Assembly (NCBI RefSeq): GCF_964355755.1
Contig: NC_092672.1
Span: 3,968,001-4,032,000, forward strand
Direction: 5' to 3'
DNA: 64,000 bases
Source of the DNA: Antedon mediterranea
Lineage: Eukaryota > Animalia > Echinodermata
Shown here: positions 24,840 to 39,558 of the stretch, piece by piece
How the letters are laid out: every line of letters begins with the position of its first letter
Numbering within the stretch: position 1 is the first letter of the stretch
Notes under the pieces: generated by a model
Told to the model about the DNA's origin: nothing
What the model saw: the letters and a program-made list of their open reading frames with translations, nothing else
The model's database searches: none
Position numbers and translations under genes: made by a program

Positions 24840-26930
24840 ATGTATCTCCGGTAAGTAAATTGTTATTTAAGCTTTTAATAATATTTAGGATGATATTTGG
24901 TGCTACTGTACTTCAGCACTGCTACTCTGTACTTTGACATTACTGTCTTTTACTGTAGTACAGATTTGTTAGAATTCTGTAACCTTCCTTGAACATGTTG
25001 GCTGTGGGAAGGAAACAACAATATTAAAACACACAGAAGGTACAGTATGGGTGTACTCCAGTTAGGAATGCAATACAACTGAAGATCATTTTAATACGTC
25101 GATTTGATGTGAAATTATTGTATTAGGTAAACTGTAGTCTTGTGTTCATTCTGAACAAAGTGGAATGAGCTGTATAGGTCGTGTGTACTCCAGTTAGGAA
25201 TGCAATACAACTATTAATTTGATCATTTAATACAAGTCAATTTCTGTTTAAATATTCTTTTATATCTGAGATCATTTTATTATATACATTAACATTTTGT
25301 CACAGATAATGATGTGAAATTATTGCAAGGTAAACTGGAGTCCATTCTAAACAAAGTGGAATGAGCTGTTAGGAGTTCAATGTAATAAGGCTCAGAATTT
25401 TGGGGTAGGCTGGCCAATTCCTCTCCACGCTGCCTTATCCTCCCTAGGATTTTCAATCAGGTACTCATTTACAGCTGAGTTGACTGATAGCCGTTTTTAT
25501 CTGGAAATTAACTTGGGTCTTTCTGTATGATAGTCAAGTGTCCAACCACTCGGCTACCAAACTTCTTCGGCTAACAAATTATTATATATCATATTTAAAA
25601 CTTCTTGGTCCTGAGAATCGTATGTAGACTGTGAAATGGGTTGCAGAATGCTGGCTGATGACGACGACAGTGTGCAAAATATACTTTGACAAAACCCTGC
25701 TTGACAATGACTAATTGATTGCAACCTTTTTTAAAAATTTAATAAAAAGGGTATTTTTATAAGTATGGTAGATATGATGCAATTATTACTAAAATGTGTT
25801 AGAGGAGAAAAAGTTAACATACAGTTTTTATATTGAATTTTAGATTTAATATGATGTTAACAATTGTGATACAGATTAGTATAATCTATGTCATCAAATC
25901 AGCAGCTCAAACCAATTCTGAAGCTTGTAACAGCTGTTGTACAGCTGGGGTTCCTGGTATTCCAGGACACCATGGTAATCCAGGTGCAATAGGGCCACAA
26001 GGAATGAATGGAGAACAAGGAATGAATGGAGAACAAGGAATGAATGGAGAACAAGGAATAAAAGGAGAACAAGGAATGAATGGAGTGAAAGGAGAACAAG
26101 GAATGAATGGAGAACAAGGATTGAAAGGAGAACAAGGAATGAATGGAGAACAAGGAATAAAAGGAGAACAAGGAATGAATGGAGTGAAAGGAGAACAAGG
26201 AATGAATGGAGAACAAGGAATAAAAGGAGAACAAGGAATGAATGGAGAACAAGGAATAAAAGGAGAACAAGGAATGAATGGAGTGAAAGGAGAACAAGGA
26301 ATGAATGGAGTGAAAGGAGAACAAGGAATGAATGGAGAACAAGGATTGAAAGGAGATAATGGAATGAATGGAGAACAAGGAATGAATGGAGAACAAGGAA
26401 TAAAAGGAGATGATGGAAGGAATGGCTTAGATGGGTCTCCTGGAAAGTTAGGACCAACTGGACCTCAAGGTATTGTTGGATTACCAGGTGCAAATGGTGT
26501 AAAGGGGGAAAAGGGTGAACAATCTAGTCAGCAGAAATCTGCCTTTTCAGTAGTTTTTACATCAAATCCAGGTCGCCATGCCCTTAGCCCAATGAAGTAT
26601 GACACAATAATTACAGATGTTGGAAATGACTACAACAAAGAAACAGGAAAGTTTGTCTGTGCAATTCCAGGTGTTTATGTATTCCAGGTGACATCAATGA
26701 AATCAAGTGGTAGTGGTAAAATTAGAACAAGAATCATGAAAAATAGGAGTGTTCAAGTGTCTGCACAGATGGATGCTGATGGGTATAATTCTGCAAGCAC
26801 AATGGTGGTTCTTGATTTGGTATCAGGTGATGAAGTATGGACTCAGCCAGGTAGTTCAAGCTACAACTATTACCACAGTAGCAGCCTAAGACACTGCTCA
26901 TTCTCTGGTTTCTTACTTTATGCAGCATAA
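24840..26930 (+). CDS. C1qDC gene 5, join(24840..24850,25844..26930), 365 aa, longest collagen (64 Gly-X-Y)
   Basis: Same layout (acceptor TTTTAG); collagen expanded by in-frame 9/18-bp repeats. Confidence 0.93.
26001..26410 (+). repeat. Coding minisatellite GGAGAACAAGGAAT(G/A)AA(T/A) (GEQ-GMN/GIK units)
   Basis: 18-bp units interleaved with 9-bp GGAGTGAAA units; shorter versions occur in every paralog. Confidence 0.9.
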
Positions 26931-27598
26931 AGTAAACATATACAATAAATACTTGTATTGTTTTAAACACTTTAGATGAATCATGCTAATTCAAAAGAAG
27001 CTTTTGTTAGTAATTTTTAAAGGTTAATTTTACCAGTTAAAAAATTATAGATATAACATTTATTTTATTAGAGGAACTAAATTGTTTAAATACATGTTAG
27101 AAATAAAAATATTAATATTCAGTATTTTGAGTAAATCTATGTTATGTTGAACTATGCAGGCGGTTCAAAAGGATTACATTTTTTTACACACTTTATTACA
27201 GCCTATTCACACTCAAATCAGGAAGGTTTTAGTAAATTCATCCACTACAATTCTGAATTAATTAATTAAAGACTGTCAACATTCAGTTCTTCGACATTTG
27301 ACCTTTTAAAACAGATTTTACACATTTATTTATTTAACCCATGGCTGGTAGTAGTACTGCACTTTGCAAAGATTATGCTAAGAGAAATATATCAGCATGG
27401 GTAACTCTGCAAGTTCCTTGTTTAAAAATCAAAGCCTCTTCTTTTTTTTTGTTAAGTTTTGAATTCTTTCCTTGGCACACTTTATTTTATAAAATTCATA
27501 TGAATCGCAATATTGCTCATGACGACACCGAAACCAGTTTGTTACAACTTGACAAATAACGTTGCATAAAATATAAAACAGAACTGAGCATACTTTTA

Positions 27599-27916
27599 AA
27601 CTCTGTCTACACTATGAAGCTATTTTAACAAAATATGGTAGTAATATGCCAAAATATGGTAGTAATATGCCAAAATATGGTAGTAATATGCCAAAATATG
27701 GTAGTAATATGCCAAAATATGGTAGTAATATGCCAAAATATGGTAGTAATATGCCAAAATATGGTAGTAATATGCCAAAATATGGTAGTAATATGCCAAA
27801 AGATGGTAGTAATATGCCAAAATATGGTAGTAATATGCCAAAATATGGTCATCATATCCATATATTGAGAAATCAAATTTTGTTGTCACATAAACTTTGA
27901 TAGTGTAGACAGAGTT
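27599..27916. mobile_element. PIF/Harbinger-like MITE carrying a 21-bp minisatellite (~10.5 x AAAATATGGTAGTAATATGCC); short copies ~15378, ~40229, ~54603
   Basis: TIRs AACTCTGTCTACACTAT / ATAGTGTAGACAGAGTT in TTA/TAA context. Paralogous copies carry only 1-2 units. A related MITE lies at ~20570, ~30403 and ~43250. Confidence 0.75.
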
Positions 27917-30631
27917 TTAGATGAAACAATGATACAAAAATTATTCCGTGCCCAATTATAGGAATAGTATGTGGAATAGACTACACTATTTTAGAATACT
28001 TACGGACAATTCCCTAGAAATTGGGCGTGGTTTCCAGACATCGTTACCGACACCATTCAATGTTAACTCCTGACACGTTTTTGGCAATTTCCTCTTCAAA
28101 TAAACAGTTGGCGGTGTCTGTTTAGAGAGAACCTTTTCAAAAGACATACCGACAAAAAACTCCATTCTTTTTAACGTTGCTAGGCAGCTTAGTCTTGCAC
28201 ATGGATCTTTACAGAGTAACTACAGGAAAAAAAAGTGATCATAAAGAAAAATGCATAAACTACCAGAGACTATCGGGTTATCCAAGGTCAGGCTGTTGTA
28301 TACTGCAAAAAAGAACGTATAGTTTGATTATAAAGATAAAAACGTGGCATTATTAGGGAACTATCAATCTACGACGATCTACAAAATAGTTGACGTGTTG
28401 CCAAAACGGTGTCCAAAAATGAGTGTTCAAAAAGAATGTTGAAATGGATCTGTGTGCACACAATAATATGGCATAAAACTATAGTGGCTTCGGCATAAAA
28501 GTATAGTAGCTCCGAGTTCATTGATTGTCAGATGAGAATTTAAAAAATTTAATTAAAAAGTAGTTAACTAAAAATGAATCAACTGTTACCTGAAGAATGA
28601 CGTCCTGAGCAGGATAACTAACAAATGGAGGTAACTTGAATTCCTTATTTATAACCTTATTATACATCTCAATGTGATTGGTGGAACCGCTTAACGGATA
28701 TTTACCCGTCATCAAGCAAAACATTATAATGCCGAGTGACCACCAGTCAACACAATGATCATAGTCACCCATATTTAGTACTTCAGGCGCTGAAAAAATT
28801 AAGGTAGATGTTTAGTTGTCCTGTTTAAAAAAAACATTAAAACGATGGTATAAATTTGGAGACTATTACAGAGCAGAATTTAGATTTGTGACTATGTTTA
28901 ATTAGCGGTGGTCGATATAGGATTTTAAAAAAGGTGGTAGGGCCGGAAATCAACAAAAGGAAGTTCTGTGCCTCTCTCCTATTCTAGCTTACATTAACTA
29001 TTAACTACATACTGTATTAACTACGAATTCAGCATTTTATCAATCAATTTAAAAAACTGTCTACCTGTTGAACAACAAACAATTTTGGATGATATTATTT
29101 AAAGATAGCAAAATGATTCACTTAGCCTTATTAGAGATAATAATAGATATACAATTACCCACCCATATACATAAGTGTCCCACAGACACTGGACGTTCTG
29201 CCACCTTGCTTCAGCCATTTTGAAAATCCAAAATCGGACAGAAGTATATGACCGCCCTCATCAAGAATATTCTCCATCTGAAAAGAAAAATTAGTGTTTA
29301 ATGCTTTTTAAATCTTTCAGCCAAGCCAATTTAAACTCCCTGCCTGTAATTTACTTCCAAAATCCAGAATTGGAATATGACCACTTTCAACTAGCAGAAC
29401 AATCTGCATCTGCTATGAAAATAGAAATAATTATAGCAGATGTTCTATTATTATATATTAATATGCATATATATATATAAATAATAACAATTCTAATTAT
29501 ATAATATTTTACATTTTTTCGAATACATACCTTTAAATCTCTATATATAATTCCTGCCCTATGTAAAAATGCCAAAGCCATCGCTATCTCTGCAATGTAA
29601 AATCGTGTCGCAATCACACTGAAAGCGCCCTCTAACAACCATAGACTATGAAGATCTCCATGAGTGGCATAATCCATTACTTTAAATCAGAACAAACAAA
29701 ATAAATTTATTATTTGGAATTTTTTTGCATTTATTGAAAAAAAAAATATTGATTAGTATGTCCTTATCCGAGAAGGATTATGGCTGTGGAGTGCCTTGAA
29801 CAAGTGCCGATTTTATGGCTATGGTTGGTGGCGCCTCTGCCTTAAACCGCTTGATAACTCAGCTGATGTAACTCTCACATATATATAACTATATCTTTAT
29901 TTCATTGTGTAAATAAAACACATGTTAAAATAAAATAAATATATACATCATCATCTTAAATCCTGATATCTTAATCTGTCATCACACAGCTGACAAATTA
30001 TATATAGATATCGATATCAATACATATCTGAATTCAACAACAGTTTATCTAGGTATGCAGCTCACATAACAGCATCAACATTTGAGAAATGTATGTAACT
30101 GATTAAGAATTAACCATTAAGTTTCCATTACAAAAAGGCAAATTGTCCAACAAGAGCTAAATGTTAATATGAATGTATGACATAGATATAGAAATAAGAA
30201 AAAACTAAAGTATATTTAATATTTATTTTATTTGTAGCTTTGTGGATCTACAGTTTAAAAAAACATGATACAAAAAGAGACTATTTAGATGAGGGTGCCT
30301 TAATTGAATTGTTGAACAGGAACGTCAGCACATTCCTGTTAAATTAGAAAAAAAAAACAGTAAACAACAATTTGATATTACATTCACCAATTACTGTTTA
30401 AAGCTCTGTCTACATTATCAAACATTATTGTGACAAAAATGTGTGATGTGCTCAAATATGGTAGTGATATGACATCATCATGTCCATATATGGGCACATC
30501 ACATGTCTTTGTCACAAGTTTGATAGTATAGATAAGGCTTTACTCCACCAAGCATTCTATGGTTGACAAGTATGAACAGAAGTTAAAATAATATCTGTTG
30601 CTTAAGTAACTATTATTTTACATATACTAAT

Positions 30632-30804
30632 CAGGGGAAGATTTAGGCAGGGCTAAACAGGCTTTATCCCCACTTCCCCTAAAATTTAACAGCCATATCT
30701 TTTTTAAAAATAAAATTATTCTGCAACCTGACGGATCGTTTTATCATTTATGAAATATTTAGCGCCCCCCTCCACCCTAATCTATAACGCTGGATCCACC
30801 CCTG
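30632..30804. mobile_element. Small hAT-like MITE with 5-bp TSD (copies ~20800, ~43518)
   Basis: CTAAT|CAGGGG ... GGATCCACCCCTG|CTAAT. Confidence 0.6.
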
Positions 30805-33800
30805 CTAATCAATATAGGCCTACCATTTACCTAAATTCATTCATGTTCGACATTTTAATCAATTTTTTAACACTATATTTCTTAATGAACATTTACCAAA
30901 TAAAAATTTAGACAAATCTAAACTGAAATAGGACATACTTTTTAGCAAATAATTTTAAATAGATACATGAAAAAAACAAAAAATATAACCTCATGGCAGA
31001 GGTATAACCGTTATATAAAACAAAAATATTTACATATAAAAAAACAACTTATATAAAATGTATAAACAATTCTGACAATGTTGGTAATTGTGATGTTGAC
31101 ACATTTGGATGAGCATATTTTTTAGAAAAAATGGTACAATTGCACAAATTAATGTTGAAAATGAGGTAAACTGTCAGCATATGTGGAATGCAGATATGTT
31201 TGTGTACACACCTTTTTTTTTATAGCAGTGCTTTTAATAATATTGGAAAAATCTACTCAAATTAAAAATGTCTATTTAATATAAGTTTACAGGGTTTTAT
31301 TATAACCAGTGGTGACCCCAGGAAATGTTCGAGGGAGGGTAATTAACGACGGAGACTTGTAGGAATTTCTCTCCAAATTATTAATACCTGTAGTATGATA
31401 GTATGCAATGTGTTATCAACCAATGCACTTTATTTGAACATTTACTGTAAATTCTTGCACCTGATTTGCACAAAAGAAACGTATAAATTATTTAAATATA
31501 ATAATATATATAAAAAAAACATTTATGAAAACAAAGGTTTTATGGTATTGTACATTTATACATTGACATATTTACCAAACATGGAAATTGAAATATAAAT
31601 TAAAGGAATGTTTTGGATTAAAAATAAATATTAAAACAGATTGCACGTAGCAAAACTTGGAAAGTTTTACAATTAAATAATGTAGACTTAATAGTACCAT
31701 AAATCTAACACCAATTCACTATGTTGTTTGAAGCCAACTACAGTACACCTACTACACCTTCAGGACCCCAAAAAATGTTCCCTTAAAGAAGTATTGTCCC
31801 CAAAAACATGAAAAATAAAGATTAATTAAATCAGACTTTGAATATGTGATTTAATAATTCCGTAGAAAAAACCCGAAAAAAAACCCAATGTTTTCACTTG
31901 ACAAAATAAATGGTTAAAATCAATCAAAAACCCATTGGCTGGCAGCCATTTTGACCACTTTTTCTTTTAAATTACAGGTAAATACATTTTTTTCGATCCA
32001 ATTTCTGGTCAAAGTGGAACTATTATGTGACATTAAAATGGCAGATTCAACAAAAATCTTGTTGAGAATTTTAAGGGGGACAATACATCTTTAATAGGGA
32101 TGTCCAAAAGGGAGGGTTTTTCTGTATATCTTTTTTGTAGCTTGTATTAAAGGTCTGTGAGGATTGAAAATCTATATACAGTATGGTTGGTTATCTAATG
32201 GTATAAATGTTGCCTTATAGGTTCAAATCTTACCAGAGACATTTTTTTTATTTAACAAAATGTTTGGAACTTGTGTTGATATATGAGCTATGTTTGATAT
32301 ACAGTATGTTCCAAAATGAGCAGTTTGGTTTCTAGTAATGATTATATAGGCCTATTACACTGTATTTATTGGCCTACTATACATGCCATTCTCTACTGTA
32401 CAATTATATGACTAAATGTTATTTTCAAGGCCTTTGTAGAAAAGATACCACAATTATATGACATTTATTCAGGCTTTTAGTCACGTTTAATACGTCCTTT
32501 TTGAAGCAAAAATCAGCTGAATTGGCTCCAGGCATTCAGTCACTTTGGAGGGTTCACCAGTCAATCCAATTGGCACCAGGCTTTTAGTCTCTGGGGCTTG
32601 GTCCTATTAAACACCACACAGCACTGTAATAGTACCACTAACTTTAGACAATAATGCATGTTAGTATTGACCCTTAAATAATCAACGTCGCTACTAAATA
32701 TAACTTAACCTAACCTTGTCAATATTCCCTTCTATAGGTAGTGTCTTAGTGGGGTCTATCTTAGAGTCATATAACCCCTAAATAAATTCCTGTCATTTGA
32801 TTGTGGATCACATGGCGTGCAATAGTACGCACTATTAAACGATCGTTTAACAGTACTTTTTTTGTGTACGAGAAAAAAAAAATTTGTTTTATACTATTGC
32901 GTTTGAAATACAACAGCGCCACCTATGTTGTACTTTCGCGGCGATTTGAATGTTATGACTGGTTTTTCGCGATGGAAGTACATTTCTGGAGAGATATATG
33001 TACTAATTTAGATCAAATAGGCATTTAAATTAGCTTAAGATCGTTTATAAGATTTTGATTAACTAATGGGAACATCTCTAAAAGATATGAAATCGTTGAA
33101 AAAACATAATTATCCTAGATGAGTTCTAGTTGCCTGTCAAAGTTTTGCCTTTCAGCCTAGCTAGTAGGCCTGTTAGTACTAGCAAGGTTAAAACGTCTAG
33201 TTTGTTTGGTCGTTTGTTGACATAATTAACACTACAGTAGGTGTGTTTATAAAATCCATATAAATATAACATTTAATATAATATTATAAAACACCAAATG
33301 TTACTGTCAATGTGAATCAAATGTAAGCCTAAGCCTACCTTTTATTTGATTCCAATGACAGGATTCTATTTAGATGTTATATAAAACAAATAATGAATGC
33401 TTTATATTCGTGAATAATATTTGGTGAATGATGAAAGGTTATATATCAACTGGACTTCGCCTCGTTGTTCACCTCATGCCATTATTTGTACCATTAAACT
33501 CATAAAAATTCATTTTTGTATATTATCATTTACATATAGTGTTGTGTGGTGTTTAGTAGAGGACCAAACAAACTCCCACTCTTTTTGGAGGGCTAAGGGC
33601 ACTAGTCAATCCAACATGCTCAATGAGGCTCCTGCCTTTGGTCTCTCTGGAGTCAGTCCAAATGTTCACATAGCATGAAGAACAATCTTCAAATGATAAT
33701 GATGATTTACTTCATGGCGAATCTGTGTTGTTGTTATAAGTCAGTTTCTCTAATCCAATCAAAGTTATCAAACTGTAAAATAGAAAATATTATTATTATT

Positions 33801-34568
33801 ATGTAATAATTAAAATGTCTAAATCAAAAATAAAAACTTAATATTGACTATTACAATATAATCTACATAAGAGCCTTAAACAAAGGATAAATTATATTCA
33901 TATTGAGTACAGTAAGGAACAAAATATGTAAACATAACATCATATTTTGTTTTAATACTACTGTAATGGGACAAATTATATTTATTTGGCTGGAGTAAGT
34001 ATTACAATGTATGCTCTTCAGTGTAAGAACTTACATGTGTGCGCATACACACTTTTTAAGAAACATGAAGCATCAAGTTGATTGACGTTCAGAAATAGAC
34101 CAATCAGCATCTTTCTATTATTTTACCTGATGGGAAGAATTAGTAATTATCTATGTTCACATGTGAGAGGGAGGTAACTTCACAAAAACTGCGGAAGTCA
34201 TCGGATATTGAAGTTTTGATTAGTAATCCGGTTTGAATAGTTCCCTTTCCTAATGTTATTGTAACACAAAGAGCCGGTCTAATAAATGATAACCACATGT
34301 ACTTGTTTGTTTAGAAAAAAAACATTTAACAAGTTCAAAAGTCGTGGGAATCGCATGATATGTCATTTTTATTATGGTGGAAATATCAGCAAATGGAAAA
34401 ATTAGGGAATTTTCGATTGCAAAATCACAACATATTGATTACACGTGAGGAACAGATTTCATCTATAAAAGTCGAGTGAAAATTGAAACTGGATTTATTC
34501 ATACAACAGCAGATGACAGGGAAACATCCAGTTTACAGATCAACAGAAAAGACATCCAGAATACAACA

Positions 34569-36167
34569 ATGTATCTCCGGTAAGTAAATTGTTATTTAAG
34601 CTTTTAATAATATTTAGGATGATATTTGGTGCTACTGTACTTTGGCACTGCTACTCTGTACTTTGACATTACTGTCTTTTACTGTAGTACTGATTTGTTA
34701 GAATTCTGTAACCTTCCTTGAACATGTTGGCAATGAGAAGGAAAAAACAATATTAAAACACACAGAAGGTACAATATGGGTGTACTCTAGTTAGGAATGC
34801 AATACAACTTAAGATCATTTAATACAAGTCAATTTCTGTTTAAATATTCTTTTACCATTAATGTTCTATTTAGCATATCTGAAATCATTTTTTTTTATAC
34901 ATTAACATTTTGTCACCGATTATTGTAAGGTAAACTGGAGTCCATTCTAAACACAGTGAAATGAGCTGTTAGGATCTCAATGTAATAAGACATTATGTGA
35001 TAGGCTGGCCAATTCCTTTCCATGCCGTATTATGCTTCCTAACATTTTCAATCAGGTACTCATTTACAGCTGAGCTGTTCTTATTGGGAAATTAACTTGG
35101 GTCTTATATCATATTCAAACATCTTGTTTGGCTTAGTTTTGTTTTTTCCTTGTACAACTGGACAGCCAGGCTGCTTCTTGGTCCTGAGAATCGTATGTAG
35201 GCTGTGAAATAAAAGGGTTGCAGAATGCTGGCTAATGATGACATCATGATCAGTGTGCAAAACATACTTTGACGAAACTCTGCTAGACAATGACTAATGG
35301 ATTGCAACCTGTTTTTTAAATGAAAGGGGTATTTTTATAAATATGGTAGATTGGAAGAGTGCAATTATTACTAAAATTTTTTAGAGGGGAAAAAGTTTAC
35401 TTACAGTTTTTATATTGAATTTCAGATTTAATATGATGTTAACAATTGTGATACAGATTAGTATAATCTATGTCATCAAATCAGCAGCTCAAACCAATTC
35501 TGAAGCTTGTAATAGCTGTTGTACAGCTGGGGTTCCTGGAATTCCAGGAAATCATGGTAATCCAGGTGCAATAGGGCCACAAGGAATGAATGGAATACAA
35601 GGAATGAAAGGAGAACAAGGATTGAATGGAGAACAAGGAATGAAAGGAGATAATGGAAGCAATGGCTTAGATGGGATTCCTGGTAAATTAGGACCAACTG
35701 GACCTCAAGGCCTCATTGGATTACCAGGTGCAAATGGTGTAAAAGGAGAAAAGGGTGAACAAGCTAGTCAGCAGAAATCTGCTTTTTCAGTAGTTTTTAC
35801 ATCAAACCCAGGTCGTCATGACACTAGCCCAATGAAGTATAACACAATAATTTCAAATGTAGGAAATCCCTACAACAAAGAAACAGGAAAGTTTGTCTGT
35901 ACAATTCCAGGTGTTTATGTATTCCAGGTGACATCAATGAAATCAACTGGTGGAAAAATTCTAACAGCAATCAAGAAAAATGGGAATATTCAAATGACCA
36001 CAAGGATGGATGCTGCTGGGTATAATTCTGCAAGTACAATGGTGGTTCTTGATCTGGTATCAGGTGATGAAGTTTGGACTGAGCCATATAATTCAGGCAC
36101 TAACTATTACCAAAGTGACAGCAACAGATACTGCTCATTTTCTGGTTTCTTACTTTATGCAGCATAA
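34569..36167 (+). CDS. C1qDC gene 6, join(34569..34579,35426..36167), 250 aa, 26 Gly-X-Y; closest to gene 1
   Basis: Same layout; gC1q identical to gene 1 except the [10 protein letters not shown] patch. Confidence 0.93.
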
Positions 36168-37851
36168 AGTAAACATACAAATACATGTATGGCTTTAATC
36201 AATTAATTTGCAAATAGGCATAAAAAAAAGGGTAAAAAATCAGACTTTGAATACTGTAGGCTATTTTCCAGTTAATCCCTTCCATAGAAGAACAAATGTT
36301 AAAAATAATGCTTTTACTTATAAAAAAAACCCAAATATACAGTTAAATTTAACCACAAACCCATTGGCTGGCAGGAAATTCACCTATTTCCACCCCAACA
36401 CCCCCCCTCCCCCACCCCACCCCACCCATTCCCACCCATTTTTGGTAAAAAGTAAATAACTATTACATTAACATTTTCTTTTAGAAAGGTTGGTGATTTT
36501 TTATGTCAATTTTACTTACCAGTTAAAAAATTATAGATATAACATTTATTTCATTCAAAACTAAATTTTTGTAAGTATATATATTACAAATAAAAATATT
36601 AATATTCCGTATTTTGAGTGGATCATTATGTTGAACTATGACCTATATATGGTATAATTGTTTATGTGAGGTGAGAAAGTTGGATAAAAATCAAAGCCTC
36701 TTCATTTTTTTTAAAGTTTTGAATTCTTTGCTTGGCACACTTTATTTTATAAAATTCATATGAATCACAATATTGCTCATAACGACACTGGAAACCAGTT
36801 TGTTACAACTCGACATATATAACTTTTGCATAAAATACAAAACGGAACTGAACGTTAGGGGAAACAATAAATTCTGATAAAAAGAATGAAATATTTGACA
36901 TACTACAAAAAATGCACTAAACATAAAAGAAAACATGACAAAATGGTAAAAAATACTGAAGAGGATTTTGAAAACTATGAAAACTAGAGAAATAAAACAC
37001 CTCCAAAATATTTAGACGAACTTATATACCAATGAAATATGAAGAGGCTTAAAAACAGGATCAATCATATTAATATTGACTACAGTAAGAAACAAAATAT
37101 GTAAATGTCAAATTTACATATTTTTTTTTACATTCTGTATGTACCGGTAATAGGATGAATTATATTAATATTAGAATACAGTAAGAAATATGTAAACATA
37201 ACATTTACATATTCTGTTTTACATAATTAATACTGTATGTGGGAAAAATTATATAAATATTTTACTACATTTACATATTTTGTTTTAATACTGTAATGGG
37301 ACAAATTATATTTATTTGGCTGGAGTAAGTATTACAATGTATGCTCTTCAGTGTAAGAACTGACATGTGTGCGCATACACACTTTTTAAGAAACATGAAG
37401 CATCAAGTTGATTGACGTTCAGAAATAGACCAATCAGCATCTTCCTATTATTTTACCTAATGGGAAGAATTAGTAATTATCTATGTTCACATGTGAGATG
37501 GAGGTAGTTTATTGAATTTCACAAAAACTGCGGAAGTCATCGGATATTTAAGTTTCGATTAGTCTAATAAATGGTAACCACAGGTACTTGTTTGTTTAGA
37601 AAAAAACATATAACAAGTTCAAAAGTCGTGGGAATCGCATGATATGTCCTTTACATTATAGTATAATATCAGCAAATGGACAAATTAGGGAGTTTTCGAT
37701 TGCAAAATCACAACATGTTGTTTACACGTGAGGAACAGATTTCATCTATAAAAGTCGAGTGAAAATTGAAACTAAATTTATTCATACAACAGCAGATGAC
37801 AGGGAAACATCCAGTTTACAGATCAACAGAAAAGACATTCAGAAAACAACA

Positions 37852-39558
37852 ATGTATCTCCGGTAAGTACATTTTTATTTTAGCTTTTAATATTTAGGAT
37901 GGTATTTGGTGCTACTGTACTTTAGCACTGCTACTCTGTACTTTGACATTACTGTCTTTTACTGTAGTACTGATTTGTTAGAATTCTGTAACCTTCCTTG
38001 AACATGTTGGCAGTGAGAAGGAAAAACAATATTAAAACACACAGAAGGTACAATATGGGTCGTGTGTACTCCAGTTAGGAATGAAATACAACTGAAGATC
38101 ATTTAATACAAATCAATTTCTGTTATTCTTTTACCATTGTGTTCTATAAGCTTATCTGAGATTATTTTATTATATACATTAACATTTGATGTGAAATTAT
38201 TGTAAGGTAAACTGGAGTCCTGTGTTCATTCTGAACAAAGTGAAATGAGCTATTAGGAGCTCAATGTAATAAACCTTAGCATTATGTGGTAGGATGGCCA
38301 GTTCCTTTCCACGCTACCTCATACTTCCTAGAATTTTCAATCAGGTACTCATTTACAGATGAGTTGTTCTTATCGGGAAATTAAATTGGTTCTTTCTGTA
38401 TGATAGTCAAGTGTCCAACCACTCAGCTACCAAACTTCTTCGGCTAACAAATTATTATAAATATCATATTTAAAACTTCTTGTTGGGCTAGTTATGTTGT
38501 TTCCTTGTACAACTGGACAGCTTATTGCTCCAGGGAGAATCGTATGTAGGCTGTGAAATAAAAGGATTACAGAATGCTGGCTGATGAACATACTTTGAAA
38601 AAACCCTGCTTGACAATGATTGATTCTAAACATTTTTTTTACAAAATTTTAATACGGGGTATTTTTTGCTTCATTTTGATATAAACAAGTTTGGTTGATA
38701 AGAGTGTGATTATTACTAAATGTGTTATTAAAGGGGTATAATTAATAATAACATACAGTGTTTATATTGAATTTCAGATTTAATATGATGTTAACAATTG
38801 TGATACAGATTAGTATAATCTATGTCATCAAATCAGCAGCTCAAACCAATTCTGAAGCTTGTAACAGCTGTTGTACAGCTGGGGTTCCTGGAATTCCAGG
38901 ACACCATGGTAATCCAGGTGCAGCAGGGCCACAAGGAATGAATGGAGAACAAGGAATAAAAGGAGAACAAGGAATGAATGGAGAACAAGGAATGAAAGGA
39001 GAACAAGGAATGAAAGGAGGACAAGGAATGAATGGAGATAATGGAAGGAATGGCTTAGATGGGTCTCCTGGAAAGTTAGGACCAACTGGACCTCAAGGTA
39101 TTGTTGGATTACCAGGTGCAAATGGTGTAAAGGGAGAAAAGGGTGAACAATCTAGTCAGCAGAAATCTGCCTTTTCAGTAGTTTTTACATCAAATCCAGG
39201 TCGCCATGCCCTTAGCCCAATGAAGTATGACACAATAATTACAGATGTTGGAAATGACTACAACAAAGAAACAGGAAAGTTTGTCTGTGCAATTCCAGGT
39301 GTTTATGTATTCCAGGTGACATCAATGAAATCAAGTGGTAGTGGTAAAATTCTAACAAGAATCATGAAAAATGGGAGTTTTCAAGTGTCCACAAGGATGG
39401 ATCCTGCTGGGTATAATTCTGCAAGCACAATGGTGGTTCTTGATCTGATATCAGGTGATGAAGTATGGACTCAGCCACATAGTTCAGCCTACAACTATTA
39501 CTACAGTGACATCAACAGATACTGCTCATTCTCTGGTTTCTTACTTTATGCAGCATAA
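37852..39558 (+). CDS. C1qDC gene 7, join(37852..37862,38778..39558), 263 aa, 30 Gly-X-Y
   Basis: Same layout; open collagen + gC1q exon. Confidence 0.93.

Larger units (their letters stand above)
23949..29679 (-). pseudogene. RSKR: RSKR-like kinase 3' fragment, block 2: exons 29679-29531, 29277-29163, 28789-28590, 28219-28004, 23987-23949
   Basis: Best-preserved copy: VMDYATHGDLHSLWLLEGAFS..RDLK|[10 protein letters not shown] (one Leu codon deleted)..|APEVL..|LLCKDP..KPRPISRELS|FDNFDWIRETDL*. No N-lobe exons seen upstream within the block. Confidence 0.85.

Noticed and set aside
25894-26493. Antisense ORFs over collagen regions (LVLHSF.., SIHSLF.. repeats; also at 1411, 4675, 8232, 35476, 38828, 49282)
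   Set aside because: Shadow frames of the coding minisatellite.
27620-27900. ORFs (YYHILA)n, (MPKYGSN)n, (MVVICQN)n
   Set aside because: Translations of a 21-bp minisatellite within a MITE.
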